A stretch of 64,000 bases of DNA from Lytechinus pictus (taxonomy: Eukaryota). The first letter of the stretch is position 1, and every line of letters starts with the position of its first letter. The stretch lies in contig NC_087245.1 in NCBI RefSeq assembly GCF_037042905.1, positions 23,066,001 to 23,130,000 of the forward strand, read 5' to 3'. Below, one piece after another: positions 24,901 through 38,385 of the stretch. A model generated the notes under the pieces. The model did no database searches, had not been told where the DNA came from, and worked only from the letters and a program-made list of their open reading frames with translations. The position numbers and the translations under genes are program-made.

Positions 24901-26349
24901 CTTCGATCAACAACAGATCGGGATTTTGTGTTGTGTATAATGAAGAATAAAACTTTTCTACTGACTTCATAATTTTGTCCCTATGAGTTACTACTTTCTT
25001 TCCTATCTTTATCCCTGATATATATTATTTGTGCTATTCCTATGTTCTAAATTTAAAAAGTATGAAATATTGCTCTCACTTTCTTCAAAATGTGTAACTC
25101 TAGACCTAACTTTTGCACCATCGCATTGCTTTTTGTAATACATATTAACCTTTCTTTGAACACTAATCATCCGTTCTTCTATCTCCGAATTACCTGCATA
25201 AAGTTGCACATGTAAACATTCTAATTCTTTTTCCAATGAAATTAATTCTTCCTTCTCGGCTTTCCTAAGCTTCTTAGCAAAAGATATAGTATAATCTTTA
25301 ATTCTCAACTTACACAGGTCCCAAATATAATGAGCATCACATTCTGTTTTAAATTCATTTTGAGTATGAGTGATAACATTAATGACACCAGTTTTATAAT
25401 CGCTGTTTTTCAGGAGTGAGTTATTCATTTTCCAGTATGAAGAGCCACGAGCAGCATTACGTGATGAATGTATTGTAATAGCACAATGGTCTGGACACAT
25501 TGAGACCGGTTTAATGGACATATTATAAATGTAATCAACAAACTCATTTTGAACTAGCCAGTAATCTATCCTCGATGACATATTCAGATACTTACTACTA
25601 TAGGTATATTGTTTTTTGTTTTTGTTAATTTTCCTCCATACATCAACCATCTTAATTTTTTTAACAAATTGCATATATCCATTTGGTTTCTTCTATATTG
25701 TTTTATTACCTATCACGTCAATACTTGGATCGTTAACACAATTAAAATCACCTCCTATGATTAAAACATGTGAACCAGTAGTCTTACAATCATAATTACT
25801 CATAATCTTTTCCAACTTTAAGAAAAAATATTCTTTATTCTTCTTCTCTGTCGGAGCATAAATATTAACCAAAAATACATTTTTGTCATTTATTTTAGTA
25901 TCTGTAATCAAAATCCTTCCGTCGTCTGATGAGTAAATCAAATTAACAGGTATTTGGGAATTCTTTTTCACTAAAATTGAAACACCTCTGCTATGATTGC
26001 TTCCATATGAATTAAAAACTGTTCCATTCCAGTCTCTTTTAACAATGTTATTTAGATCTTCCGTGAAAAAAGTTTCCTGTAAGAATATAACATCTGTATT
26101 TTTCTTCTCCAAATAATGAAATAGTAACCTTCTCTTTTCTTTATTTCTTATCCCTCTCACATTGAGGGACAAAAGAGAGATTCCCTTTACATCATTCATT
26201 TCTTGCTCGAACCTTTTCTACGCCTTTTCCTGGTTTTTCTTCGACCTTTCTCCCGCCGACTACCTCTCGAATCACGTGATTGCTCGGATTCTGATTCAAA
26301 CGACTCGCTATCATCGGATGAATGATCAACTGGATCTGACGACTTCTCT
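22000..26349 (-). mobile_element. L1/Tx1-clade LINE, 5'-truncated in ORF1, with nearly complete but frameshifted ORF2 (EN-RT-zinc knuckle)
   Basis: ORF2 pieces 26199..25693 (SLNVRG, FLQET, NIYAP, GGDFN), 25674..25009 (SRIDY, DH, WKMNNSLL), 24970..~23277 (KTPGIDG, NWRPITLLNTDYKI, DFQKAFD, RGIRQGCPLS, LADD) and ~22979..22057 (CFYC..HMFFSC). Poly-A (T run at 22000). 14-bp TSD TTAACAAGAAAGTT at 21986..21999 and 26350..26363. Confidence 0.95.
22980..23276 (-). mobile_element. 3'-end fragment of a CR1/L2-group LINE with (TTTGAA)n tail, inserted in the Tx1 ORF2
   Basis: Removing it restores ...MIWLNKDI/LYKGKMLF... ATAT flanks both sides. On the minus strand AATAAA precedes the (TTTGAA)n tail. Confidence 0.75.
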
Positions 26350-28423
26350 TTAACAAGAAAGTTAAGTATGAAGTAAAACAATGGAAAAAGACAATTCTCG
26401 ACATGGAAGTCAAAGAAATGGAAACTGCTCAGGCAAAGAATGACTCACATGAGCTCTTCAAAAAAGTGAAGAAGCTATAGCTGGGGAAAGAGACAAAGTA
26501 CAGCTCGCAATATTGAATAAAAATGGTGTTCTAAAAACCGCACCCCATGACGTGCTGGATTGTTGGAAACAGCATTTTGATTCCCATCTGAACACTCAAT
26601 TTCCTCGGGATGAAGATGCTCTACAAGGCATTCCTGATCCACCTCCAGCAAACACTCAAAGTAGTCCATTCACAATAAAGGAAGCAGAGTCTGCTATAAA
26701 AGTGCTTAAAACAACAAAGCATGCGGTCGGGACAAGATAGCTGCTGAAACTCTGAAAGCAGGAGGTCTGAAAATGAGAGAGTTTCTACTCAAAATCATCA
26801 ATGTTGCATGGTCTGAATGTAAAACTCCTCAAGACTGGAGCAGGGGTCGTATAACTCATGTACACAAGAAAGGAGACAAACTAAATCCAGCTAATTATAG
26901 AGCGATCACGTTGCTATCTATACCTGGAAAAGATTTTTGCAGAATGATTCTTAAAAGAATTCAGGCAACCATCGATGATCATCTTGCAGAAGAACAATGT
27001 GGTTTTCGCAGCGCACGAGGAACGACCGATGCCATTTTCGTGGTCAGACAAATACTTGAAAAAGCCAAAGAAAGACTTGTGCCTGTCCACTGGAATTTTG
27101 TTGACGTTAAGGCAGCATTCGACACTTTTTGGAGAGAAGCCCTTTGGAAGAGCCTGAGATCAATTGGAGTGGATAAAGTTCTAGTTGACTTGATAGAATG
27201 CATCTACAAAACAAAATACATGTTCTGTCATGGTAAATGGGAAGATATCAGATTGGTTTGATGTTCTTGTCGGCGTAAGACAAGGCTGCCTCCTTTCTCC
27301 AAGCCTCTTTAACCTATTTCTCGAGTTTGTGATGGAGGACACCAAAAAAACTAGGAAGTGGATTGAAGATGGGCAACATGAATATTAATAACATCAGATA
27401 TGCTGACGATACCACGCTTTTAGAACTTGTCTTTGAAAAACTCCAACTCTCAACAGATACCCTGGAGAAGGCCTGCCGAAAATGGGGAATGAAGATTAAT
27501 GCCTCAAAGTGCCGAGTTATGACTGAAGACCATCGTGACATTACCCTAAATGACACTCGTATCGACAAAGTTGATTATTTTGTCTTCCTCGGAAGTGTAG
27601 TCCCCTTGGTGGAGAATGACGTAAAACGTCGCATATCCTTAGCCGCCTGGGCATTTGGGAGGCTAAAAAGCAACATCTGGTCCAACCAAAACATCCCAAG
27701 GTCACTGAAGATCAGGATCTACAAATCCCCCATTCTTCCTATGGCATTATATGGTGCATGGACCCTGCGGAAAGTGGATCAAGGCTTGCAGTCTTTGAAA
27801 TGAGATGCCTTCGCACCATGTTAGGTGTACATTATTTTATTGGACAAAGTCAGGAATGCGGACATCAGGAGGAGATTACATATCAAAAACACAATGTGCA
27901 GAGAAGCTACAAAAAACTCCTGAGGTGGTTTGGGCACATAAGCCGTATGTCACAAAACCGCTTTCCAGTTCAGGCATACAGAAATGACTTTGACAAGGGA
28001 GACCACCAGGTCGTCCCCCTTCCAGATGGAGGGACCAAGTCAGACGAGATGTGGGTCTCCCTCTACTGGATGCTGAAGACCTAGCCCAGGGTAGAACTGG
28101 ATGGAAAAGGATCACCCGTGGGAGAGCGAATGGACACACCATCCTATGCACATAAGTCAGTCAGTCAGTCAGTCATATATCAATGTTCCAATGCAAAAAA
28201 AGGGAAATCCATTACATAAACAACTGAAATCTAAATAATACTTATTTACAAATAGAAAACAAGATTAAAAGTATATAAAATGTAGGGGATCATTTAAAAA
28301 GTCAAAGACTTATAACATAATCCCAAATCTGTAACAATAAAGGTTTTAGATTTGCAGAGAAAGAATATACAAAAGTAATGTATATATTGAGAAGAGAAGT
28401 ATTGCTTAGAATGTTAGATAATG

Positions 28424-28587
28424 CAGGGGCCGCGGAAGCGGGGGGGGGGGGGCTTCAGCCCCCACTTTATTCCAAAACCGTGTACAAAAACGAAAATATG
28501 ATCATATGGTTGTGATTTTTTGCACGGTCAGCCCCCCCCCTTACTTTTGGCTCAGCCCCCCACTTTGAAAACCATTCCGCGGCCCGT
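28424..28587. mobile_element. ~165-bp GC-tipped MITE, inverted relative at ~35160..35325
   Basis: Termini caggggccgcggaa / ttccgcggcccgtg. Internal aaaaccgtgtacaaaaacg shared with the 35.2-kb copy. Confidence 0.75.
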
Positions 28588-28607
28588 GTAATGGGTGAGG
28601 AACCTGA

Positions 28608-28785
28608 CCAGGGGCCATTTCATAAAGCCGTTCGTAAGTTAAGAACGACTGGTGATCCTTTCTTGTAGTAAATGATATTCACCATTAAATGATCATTGGT
28701 GATTATAAAGCACATAAGAAAGGCTCACCAGTCGTTTTTAAAGTCGCCCTTTACTTACGAGCAGCTTTATGAAACACTCTCCAGG
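28608..28785. mobile_element. ~180-bp MITE
   Basis: Inverted ends tttcataaagccgttcgtaagt..gactggtga / tcaccagtc..acttacgagcagctttatgaaa. Confidence 0.7.
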
Positions 28786-31199
28786 TTTGCAGAGTTGATG
28801 ACTTGAGGTGGTGCTATCAAAGCTGCTGGTTCTATGCTATAAAGATAATTTTGCAATGTCCTTGGCCTCGAAAGCACAGGAAAAGTCATAAAAATATGTC
28901 TAGATGCGTCTCGGATTCAGAGATAGTGAATAAAATAGGTTCCAAATGTATAACAATTTGTACACAGAATATGCAAGTATACCCTCGGAAGTGAGTGTGG
29001 AGATGATCATTGCGAGTAGAGAGATAGGGATTGGTGTGATGATGAAGTTGTGTAAGATGGAAGTGGAATGCCTGAGGAGTGAGCGTACTGGTGAGCCAAC
29101 TTGAGCCGATCACTTAAACATGCCCGTGAAGGACATGTGTAATAAATTCGGAAGTCTGTTTAATCCCATCTGATTTTCTTCGGTCTTTCTTTTGTCATTC
29201 TGTAACTTTGGATTTAGAAACGAATTATTGATGTAAGGGGTTATAGGCTCTTTGTGATTAAACCAATCTTTTAATTACTGACATGTGCTTAGTGAGAAAT
29301 TATTGAAGCTAGCCTGTGTGAAAATATTGTTCATTTTGTCTGAATGGAATTTGTACAGTGCCATTGTAAGAGCCTGATATTTTCTTTTGGACCCCAGTTT
29401 AAAAGTAAGTTCTCAAAATGTGAAGGGGGGGGGTTACACAAAAAGCACAGAGTGAAATGAATAGAAAGTGATTCGCTAGATCCCAATTGTTGTTATTCCT
29501 AATTTACCTAAAGTCCTTCTACAAAGTTATCATGATTATATGAGAATAGTTGAATATCATGTTTTCTTAACCTTATTAAGTACTATCATTTGAAAAAAAA
29601 TATTCTTTTTCAACTATTTTTGATTTTGTCCCTTCCATTTCATTTTGATGAACCGTTCTTATAAGTAGAACGGATATTTATGTGACGTACAGCATTTCGA
29701 TGAAAAATAATCATAACAAATACGGAAACGCTTCAGTACCCTAAAAGATTAGCCACCTTTGTTTTACCTGAAAGTGATTTACACAGAAATCGTGACGACA
29801 ATCCACACGAAACACGTCGCCCGGAATGGGCGGGACGATTGGCCTCCTTTGCCAAATGCTGCATTGCAAATTAAATAATAGGATTTATCACTTTTCTAAT
29901 GCTTTGTCACAGGAGGAGCTCACTTCAAACTAACTGGCTATAAAATTGCCTTCACCTGACACGTCGAAGCCTTGAAATTATGACACACATGGAGGATTGT
30001 CTGCAGGCATAGACCCTGATTTGAACTTTGACCAACAAGTGCGTCTGTACACAAGACTAGTACATATAGATACATGATCACATAAAGTGGTCAAGTGATC
30101 AGTGATGACAGTTTGTTGTGATTCTCCCAAATTGCGCGAATAATACAGCGCTATACCTTACATTTATTAAATTGATACAGAAAAGTTAATTTCACCGTAA
30201 ATTATGCTGGCGCAAATATTCACTGCTGAATGATACGCGCCGTATAAGCTAAAACAACAACAACAACAACATGCTGTTTAACAAAAAAAAAGCGAGAAGG
30301 TTTTCTGTACTCAAGTCATTGTAGTCTCTGCTTTCAGACCACTTAACTCGAGTGAGGCGTTTGCACAGCGTACTACATGGAGGGAGTTGTGTTTTATTAG
30401 AGCGGTCGCCCTTTATTACATTTCAAGTAGTGGTGAAAAGGGAAGGATCGACTGTTGAGGGACCAAATGCAAAAAAAAACATTATTTGAATCACTGAAGT
30501 TTTCCACATAATCATTCAGGATTCAAAAAAATTAAATTGTTTGATTGGTCCTCAACGACATCCAATCTGGATTTATTCAAAATTCCGGCAAATTGGAATG
30601 CATGATATTTGCCTTACATAAAGGGCAAGGACTGTAATTCAGCAAGTTTGTATTAATCGGGGTCAATTATTTCCACTATCCTGATATTCTCACACAATAT
30701 TTGTGACAGAATTTCCGATCGGGCACACCCTGCTATTTGAAAATACAGCATCCTTCTGTGGTTTTTCCACAGCTTTGTTCACGACAAGGACTGTTCAAAA
30801 TATCGATGGTCACATCCTCTTGTTTTCGGCAGAAAAATATTGATTATGAATAGCAGCTGTATGGATTATTATCCTACAGAACTAAAAGGCGTGTTTGTCT
30901 TGTTTATTTTCCAACAAATTGTTCGGACTGTTTTTATACCAAATTAGGAAATACACTGCATGAAAATTTGATATTGCATCCTGGTTTATGCAGTATTCAA
31001 TGTGATTTGCTAGCCCATGCGATTTAATAAAACTAAAGCCCCCTTGACCAGAAATGAATTTTAGAAGAAAACCTCGTATGCGGTATTCGTCTGATTTTCT
31101 CGAAAATGTGTAAGTTTATGTTGCGTGTGCGATGTTCCCACTAAGTTCATTCTGCGCTGAGAAGCAGTCCATGCTGCGTCCTAAACCCGCATCTGTAGT

Positions 31200-31990
31200 T
31201 CTCGACTCTATAGTTCTCGCTGCGTCAAAAAACGACCCTGAATGGGAACTGCTAAAGTACATTGAGAGTGTGTGAGAGACTCATTTTCCGCCTCATGGAC
31301 TTTGAACATGTCCAAAGTCCACGTAGCGGTAGCGCCGTCTGAACAGTGCGTAGTAATGACGTATAGTAAGCACCTACTTACAGCTCGCTCGACGTAGCAT
31401 AGACGTAGCGGACACGGAAAGATCGTGGCATTTTGTGGACTTTTTCCCAGAATTACCCCCATTACACCAACGCTACGTCCATGCAGTTCTCGCTGCGTCA
31501 AAGAAAAATGGCCATGACGCAGTGGGAACTGCTGCAGCGTACTGAGAGCGTAGCGAGAACTGACGTGGCATAGTCTGCATGATCTCCGGAGACAAATTTT
31601 CCGCTACGTGGACTTTGAACATGTCCAAAGTCCACGTAGCGGGAGCGCCGTCTGAGCAGTGCGTAGTACTGAAGCACTAAGGACCTTCTTATCGCGTACT
31701 AAAAGCTCCATCGACGTAACATAGACGTAGCGGACACGGAAAGAACACCACTAACGCACCATGAACGTATCAAGGACGTAGCGCAGACGTAGCATGCACG
31801 GGACGATTTCATATTTTTTCGAAAACAAGGAAGTTATCGCTACGTCCCTGCCATTTTTTCGTAATTTCAAGGACGTAGCGGGAACTTCCTCCAGTGTAAT
31901 GGGGGCATTATAACGAAGCTGGTGCCACGTTGGTTTGCTTCTGAACTTCAAGAACGTAGCGGAAAATTCATCTGTTGTAAAGGGGGTATA
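31200..31990. repeat. Composite element with ~250-300-bp degenerate direct repeats and inverted termini ccccattacac / gtgtaatgggg
   Basis: The block tggactttgaacatgtccaaagtccacgtagcgg..gcgccgtctga..catagacgtagcggacacggaaaga occurs at ~31296 and ~31609. Many ACGTAGC motifs. Confidence 0.65.
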
Positions 31991-32286
31991 CAAACAACCA
32001 AGAAATCCATGACATTGTCTCATCGTATTGCACCATGACTAGCGCATCTCAAAGCATTGGATAGTGATATTTTTTCCGAATAAACATCAAGATGTTGATG
32101 CCATAATTATGATCACCACATGATAGGGTCTAACCATGCTAATGTCTGGACACATTAGCGTCGGTACCAAAAGAATATTTTCATTAGATATGTCGGTCAT
32201 TACAAATACAACTGCAAATGATTTATAATATTCTCAAACTTGATCTGTGGGATCAAACGTCTTCATCTCTTTTAGATTTTCAAATC

Positions 32287-34337
32287 TAGTCAAGTCCACA
32301 TTTGAGAAAAGTAGACGGCTTTAGGCAAATCGTATTAATGCTCAATCAAGAAGTGTTTTAGTATAATATGAGGGCGCTGAATCCAAATATGCTGTTTGCC
32401 AACCTTGAATTTGATGTTAGATTTCTTTAATTGGCAAAAACAAAATGGCCGCCATTCTACACCCTTTTTACCCCCAAAAAACTTGCAACAAAAAAGGATT
32501 ATCAACTGTAATATTTTACTTCAGGAATAAGATACTAAGTATCTACCGAAATCCGCACCGGGGAAGTGGTTATTTTCAAGATGGCCGCCATTCACTGACT
32601 TAACTGACTCTTTATCCAACTAGACATCCTGTTAAGGTGCATATTCCATGGTTCAGGGATTATAAGGTGTATATTGATAACGGTAAGAGTGAACATATTA
32701 AGCACTCCAGCGTACCTGGAAATCCAAAATAGCATAAAAAATGGCTGCCATAGCCTAACTAAAAATTCACAATTCATCATTTTAATACCTTTAATTAGGT
32801 TTTCATTCAATGATGGTTTTAATTGTAAAGTCCTACATTGGGACAAGTTACAAGGAAAGCCAGTGTATCGATACGCCCAGAACTCCGAGATGGTTTCCAA
32901 ATTTAGTCTAAAACGGCTTTCGTTAATTAAATATCGACATAGTTTCTGTAATAACCACATGGAGAATATGATTTTGTGCGTTAATCACTTTTCAAATATC
33001 AAGTAATACTTTGGAACAAGTTACAATGGCAGCAGGGGTCCCGTAAGTCAAAAATCCAAGATGGCTTTAAGAGATGGCTTATCAATGAAACAGTGAATTA
33101 TGATACTTTTTAGGTGAAAAGTGGACCCCATTTTTAAAGGCAATTATTATATTTTTGTAACTTGCACACTTATTTTATGACCAATTAAACATCTCAAAGA
33201 CATCAAAATAATGGCGATAGATGGGATAACATTATGAAGTATATTGCCATTTTTAATCAGTGGTGACAAATTTGAATGAAATTTTGGGAGCCTTCTTCAA
33301 TTTTTGAACAAAATGGACAACGGCACATCCCTGCAATTCGTCTTAGCCTAGCTAATTTGACCCTCGAAATCATAGGAAAGACACAGAGAAATATATCCAG
33401 GTACTTTTCAGCCACCATCATCCAGAATCTTTGACAAACTGGACCACTTAGAAACCTTTTAAATTTTTCAGAGTAGAACCATGGTGATTTTTTTTTGGTA
33501 GACCCCAAAATCATTTCTACCAGGTAGATATATATGAATTTGGACCAATACAAATGTATAACGTCCATTACAGACGCCATTTTGGAAGGTAAGGTCATCT
33601 TGAATTCTCTGACACTCTTGACACTGACTATCTTGTAAACTTGTCCTGATGTATTATTTGCCATAAAAACTTTCTAATATCATGAAATATAAACCAATTT
33701 GTTGACGCTGCAGTACGCAATATAAATGTTTCACTTTAATTTTGGGAGTTGAAGAACCACTGACGTTTAGGACACCATTACCAGGTACCCACGATGCGTT
33801 TCTTTTTTCAAAATAACCTGTCTCAATGGATTTTGTTTAACCTTTATACTTATACTTCAAAAGATATAACATTTCAAAAACTTAACCTCGGTTAAGATTT
33901 GATGTCGACCTGGCCGCCGCCAAAGTCATCGCCGCTGTCAGGAAAGCGGCGTCCATGTTTCACTTGTTAAAGTTATTACACTGTGATTATGCGAGCATCG
34001 CACAAGAATTAACAAACATTTGGACATATTATTTATCAATCAGCAGTTATGAATCATGGTAGCCATCTTGGAATTAGAGATGGCTGACGAATCAACCAAT
34101 CAGATACTTTCTTTACAGCAAGTTTGCAACACTGGGTATAGAAAACATAGCATAGACTCCAATTTTTGAAAGATAATCACCAATATTTGAGAATGAAGGC
34201 AACGAAAAAAGTTGAGCAAACAGCATTTTTGGATTCAGCACCCTTGAATTACCTTAAAACAATTGATAAACCAGCATTAACATAAACTAACTAATGAACC
34301 TTTTCTGAGCATGTATTTTACAAGAAGGACCTGACTA
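32287..34337. mobile_element. Academ-like non-autonomous DNA transposon (older copy)
   Basis: Termini TAGTCAAGTCC / GGACCTGACTA. Subterminal inverted gctgaatccaaatatgctgtttg / caaacagcattttttggattcagc. Flanks ATC/ATT. Many AARATGGCNGCC motifs. Superfamily inferred from TAG..CTA ends. Confidence 0.55.
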
Positions 34338-36349
34338 ATTTACAATGTTAATGCTTCTTTTTAGTTTCTCTTTGTAAACATTTTTATCAGTAAATATCTA
34401 TCTTTAAAACGTTATTACTCCTTCGCCACTATATGAAAAAATCTTATGTAGCGTTTTGTAATATTTGTAATTGTATTTCATTGTAATATTTTCTGATTAT
34501 ATGATATTTTGTATTTCAAAAATTATTTTCTTTTTCATATGAGCCACGGATTTACTCAAGAGCAGCAAGAATGCTGAAATGAGTTTATTGTATTGAAATG
34601 GATAGTAGAAATGGAATAAAATAAAATCCGTAGTCAAAGGTCTTGTGAAATTATATCGGATCAGATTGTATTGCGTTACAGTAGTTGAGTTCCCATGATT
34701 AATCGATATTCTATGGGATTTTTTTCCAAGACGGGGAGAGGGGGGGGGGGGGGGTTCTGGTCTCAAATGATCTGGATTAAACCAGATTTGTTGGGTATGT
34801 GACATACATTTTCCGACACACTTTCATGGATTGAGCCGGAAATATACATGTACATGTTAAAGCCCGTAAACCCCCAAGGAGTTTTCAGAGATGGAGAACC
34901 CTCCAACATATTCGATTCCCTTTGAAGCCACTTTGATGCCGCAAGAATAAAATATGTTAGACATGTTTATTTCGCTGCCACTCGTCGGATACTACGAGCA
35001 GACACATTGCGAACTTATACGGGGGAAAGCAAAAATAAATGTTGCAATATTTATTGAAATGTGATTTGAAATTACTAGACTGGCCGTGGCATGTGGCTGC
35101 AACTGTGACACATGACGTCACAAATTCCTTGAAACTTATCTTAATTTTTGTAATGTGGACAGGGGCTGCGGAACGGTTTTCAAAGTGGGGGGGGGGGCTG
35201 ACCATGCAAAAAATCACAATCGTATGGTCATTTTTGCGTTTTTGTACACGGTTTTGGAAAAAATTGGGGGGGGGGGGGCTGAAGCCCCCCCAGCCCCCCC
35301 CCCCCCCCCGGTTCCGCGGCCCCTGGTGGAAGTGTGTGGAAATTCGTAAAATGTCAAATTCTGAAGGTTTTCACATTTTGAAACTCTTATCATACAATAT
35401 TTCCCAAAATTTCAGGACATAATAAGGCTTTGAGATCATTATATTACTTAACGTGAATAATATCCACGTTTTGTTACTAAATGAAATTGGAAATATTCGC
35501 AAATATCCATTTTCAACACAAACCACTTTCCATGAAAGGCAACAGTGCACTTGTGTATTCTTTGGTACTTCTTTAGAAACTGAAAGCTATATCAATTAAT
35601 TTGCATTCGTTGTAAATCCATTTTTTACCTCCATAGTAACCGATAGAGATGTATTTCATTTTTATGCCGTTACCACCCAACTCCTTCCTCGCAAACACCC
35701 AAACATTTGATATTAAAAAAACTATATCAGTGGATTATTTTTATTACTTCATTCGAGATTCCGGGCCACCTGGTATTAACCTTTCTTGTCGCACCCATCT
35801 ACTTTAAAAAAAACATGAAGCGTATAAAATAATACTTCTCTTTTACTGAAATACGAGTACATGGGTATAAAACATAAAAACATGAAATATTTTAATTTTG
35901 TTTAGAATTGTAAATCTATACACGAGCGTATCTTTGAAAGAATTGTTATAAACTTTTTCATTAGGTTGATGGTTTATCTTCGGGAGGGGCGGAGTTTTCA
36001 AATAATAAAAAATAAATATCTAAAGTGCCAACGTGTCAAATATTCTCGAATATTGAGAACAAAATGCCAAACAAGATTTCATCACAATCATGGTTATTTT
36101 AACATCTGTTGTACTACTCTAAGCATTATGCTTACCGGGATTTTCGTCTGTAAGATACAATTTGTCCCATAATTTAGTTTCCCCTATATATCTAAGCATT
36201 CCTTTTTTTTTAATTCTAACGTCACATTAATTATGAGGAACTCCAGTAAATGTTTAATTTTTAGAACAACATGAAGTTTTATTACTTTGAAATTTATGCT
36301 GTGCAGAGACACCCCTCATACAAAAATGAACTCGCCCGCCTTTCGAAAT

Positions 36350-36415
36350 CTGTCAGCTTGTTGTATCTGTCTGTCGTTGACGGAATTTGTCATTACTCCT
36401 CTGGACCTCGCAGAG
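36350..36415 (+). other. Possible non-coding first exon of gene 2 (start uncertain)
   Basis: Strong donor CAGAG|gtaagt at 36416, ~1 kb upstream of the acceptor (37445) of the ATG-bearing exon. Confidence 0.4.
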
Positions 36416-36934
36416 GTAAGTTTGTTTGGCCATCATTGGTTGATATTTTAACGAGGGGAATAGATTTCTATCGTGTGTACGTTTTTTTTTTCTTTTTATC
36501 AAATAGATCCCTCGTCTTTTTACTAATTTACCCTCTTCCCCACCCTACTTCTTGCTCTCTGCCCATCTACTCCCTATCCCCATTTTTCTGGTCACTGGGT
36601 TCCTCTTTGCAGCTCAACAACTCCGGTTTTATCAAGGTATATCAGACGTATTATATTGGCATCTTTTAATCATCATACATCATTCAAAAATCATTTACAA
36701 TTTTCGATGAATTACATTCTCGCTAAAAATCGTGATCATAAGGTTTAGGTATTTCTTATCTTCATTCACCGGTAGGAATTCCTTAAAAAGCTGTGTGCAC
36801 TATGAACGCCTAGCTTAGCCGGGTAATATAGGAGCGCCTTGAGCACATAACAAGGTGGATATGTGCGCGATATAAATACCCTATATTAGATAAGTATATG
36901 TTTTCATTCGATACCAAAATCAAGTCAAATATAT

Positions 36935-37098
36935 CTGGGGGGCATTTCATGAAAGGACTTGTCGGACGTTTTATCCGACAAGTCCCATTTTATCCGACAG
37001 TTACCATGGTAACAGTACCTCTCAGCCAATCAACATCAGAGAAAGATGTCAGATCTGACAACTTGTCGGATGAAAATGTTGATGAAACACTCCCCAGG
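36935..37098. mobile_element. ~160-bp MITE (inverted copy of 16841..17003)
   Basis: Near-identical reverse complement. Confidence 0.85.
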
Positions 37099-37480
37099 TA
37101 TCCATCTGCATGAATACAAAATTCGTTTTATTGCTATTGTGGGTTTATCCGACTAAGATCTAGATAAATGCCTGATAAAGGATGACAACGACATTCGGTT
37201 AACTACACACCAAGCATTTCTTAGGCAATCGCATGGACTCTGAAAAGAACAAAATAGTTCCATAATATATTTAGATTACATTAAAGAAAGCTTCACATAT
37301 CTATTTTAATGAAAAATTTTTAATATGCTTTATTTTTTTCTTCATTTTACTTGTGTTTTATCTTAAAAGGGAATTACACATCAAAATCTATAATGGGGCT
37401 AAATAATTCTACAATTTATTTCCCCCTATAATTTTGCAACATCAGACCTTGTCACAGAAACGTACGTCTGAAGCATTGTC

Positions 37481-37541
37481 ATGTTTCGCCTTCTCATCCT
37501 TGTGGCCCTCTTGGGCTTCGGGCTCTTACATGTGGAAGCTG
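37481..37541 (+). CDS. Gene 2 first coding exon: signal peptide MFRLLILVALLGFGLLHVEA
   Basis: ATG in gtcATG context. Basic residue, hydrophobic core and V-E-A (-3/-1) cleavage pattern. Phase-1 donor G|gtaagt at 37542. Acceptor caacatcag at 37445. Confidence 0.85.
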
Positions 37542-37704
37542 GTAAGTGTGAATTTAATAAAATTTCTACCATGTTCACCTTTGACAAAACTGACCAAATC
37601 TTCCATTAAAAATATCCAAAAGATCAAAATATGCTGAATGTGTTTTGAACGTGATAAATAATTTAAATTTCTTATATAACATTAAAGCATATTTGTTAAC
37701 ATTT

Positions 37705-37738
<34 letters not shown>

Positions 37739-38339
37739 GGGGGGGGGGGGTGATTCAGAGTGTACAAATTACCTGCATCAAGAAAACGAGAATAAAAAAA
37801 TGTGATTAATATTCATGTTACTTTCAATAATATGCATTTGGCATGATTTACGTTTCCTATTAAAATATCACTTATTAATCGTGACTTTGACAAATGATGA
37901 CTTTGAAGAAAAAAAAGAATTGTTCGATTTTTGAAACGTTTGGCATTAACAGCGATTGTACAATTCTTCCTGTGAATTGTAGTTGATGAGCCTATACAAG
38001 ATTCAAGTACGCATCACTCATATTTATAAAGCCTGTTATAAAGAAAATAAATCCCGAGAGTCCTTCTATAATAGCACATTGCTCCAATTTACTATGTTAT
38101 CAACATTTACAATTGTAAAAAGGGTTATTAATATTATGACATTCTTTTTTTTTATAAATATTTAAGAGAATTTAACGTTTTTGTTCTACAAACGATCTGA
38201 TGCAAGCATAGGCAATCTTTATAAAAACAGAAAAAACAGGCCTGGTATCTGTTCGGCAATTTTGTGAAGGTGCGGTACGAAGCTATGGCGAAAAATGTTG
38301 GAATATATATTTTTTGTTTAAATATGGGTATTCTCTAAT

Positions 38340-38342
<3 letters not shown>

Positions 38343-38384
<42 letters not shown>
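38343..38384. repeat. (TA)n microsatellite
   Basis: Direct reading. Confidence 0.9.

Positions 38385-38385
<1 letters not shown>

Larger units (their letters stand above)
20701..28174 (+). mobile_element. RTE-clade non-LTR retrotransposon (APE endonuclease + RT), degenerate, split by an L1/Tx1 insertion
   Basis: APE motifs GTLNVRTM, LGLSET, IVQVYAPT, MGDFN, NTYFQH, TWTSP, QIDFI (20.9-21.6 kb). RT motifs HKKGDK..ANYRAITLLS, EEQCGFR, FVDVKAAFD, RYADD (26.8-27.5 kb). (AGTC)n tail ends at 28174. Probable TSD ATATATC at 20694..20700 and 28175..28181. Several frameshifts and stops. Confidence 0.92.

Noticed and set aside
28860..29400. Decayed minus-strand LINE ORF continuing the outermost nest layer
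   Set aside because: Only a faint resemblance by eye, too degraded to call without an alignment.
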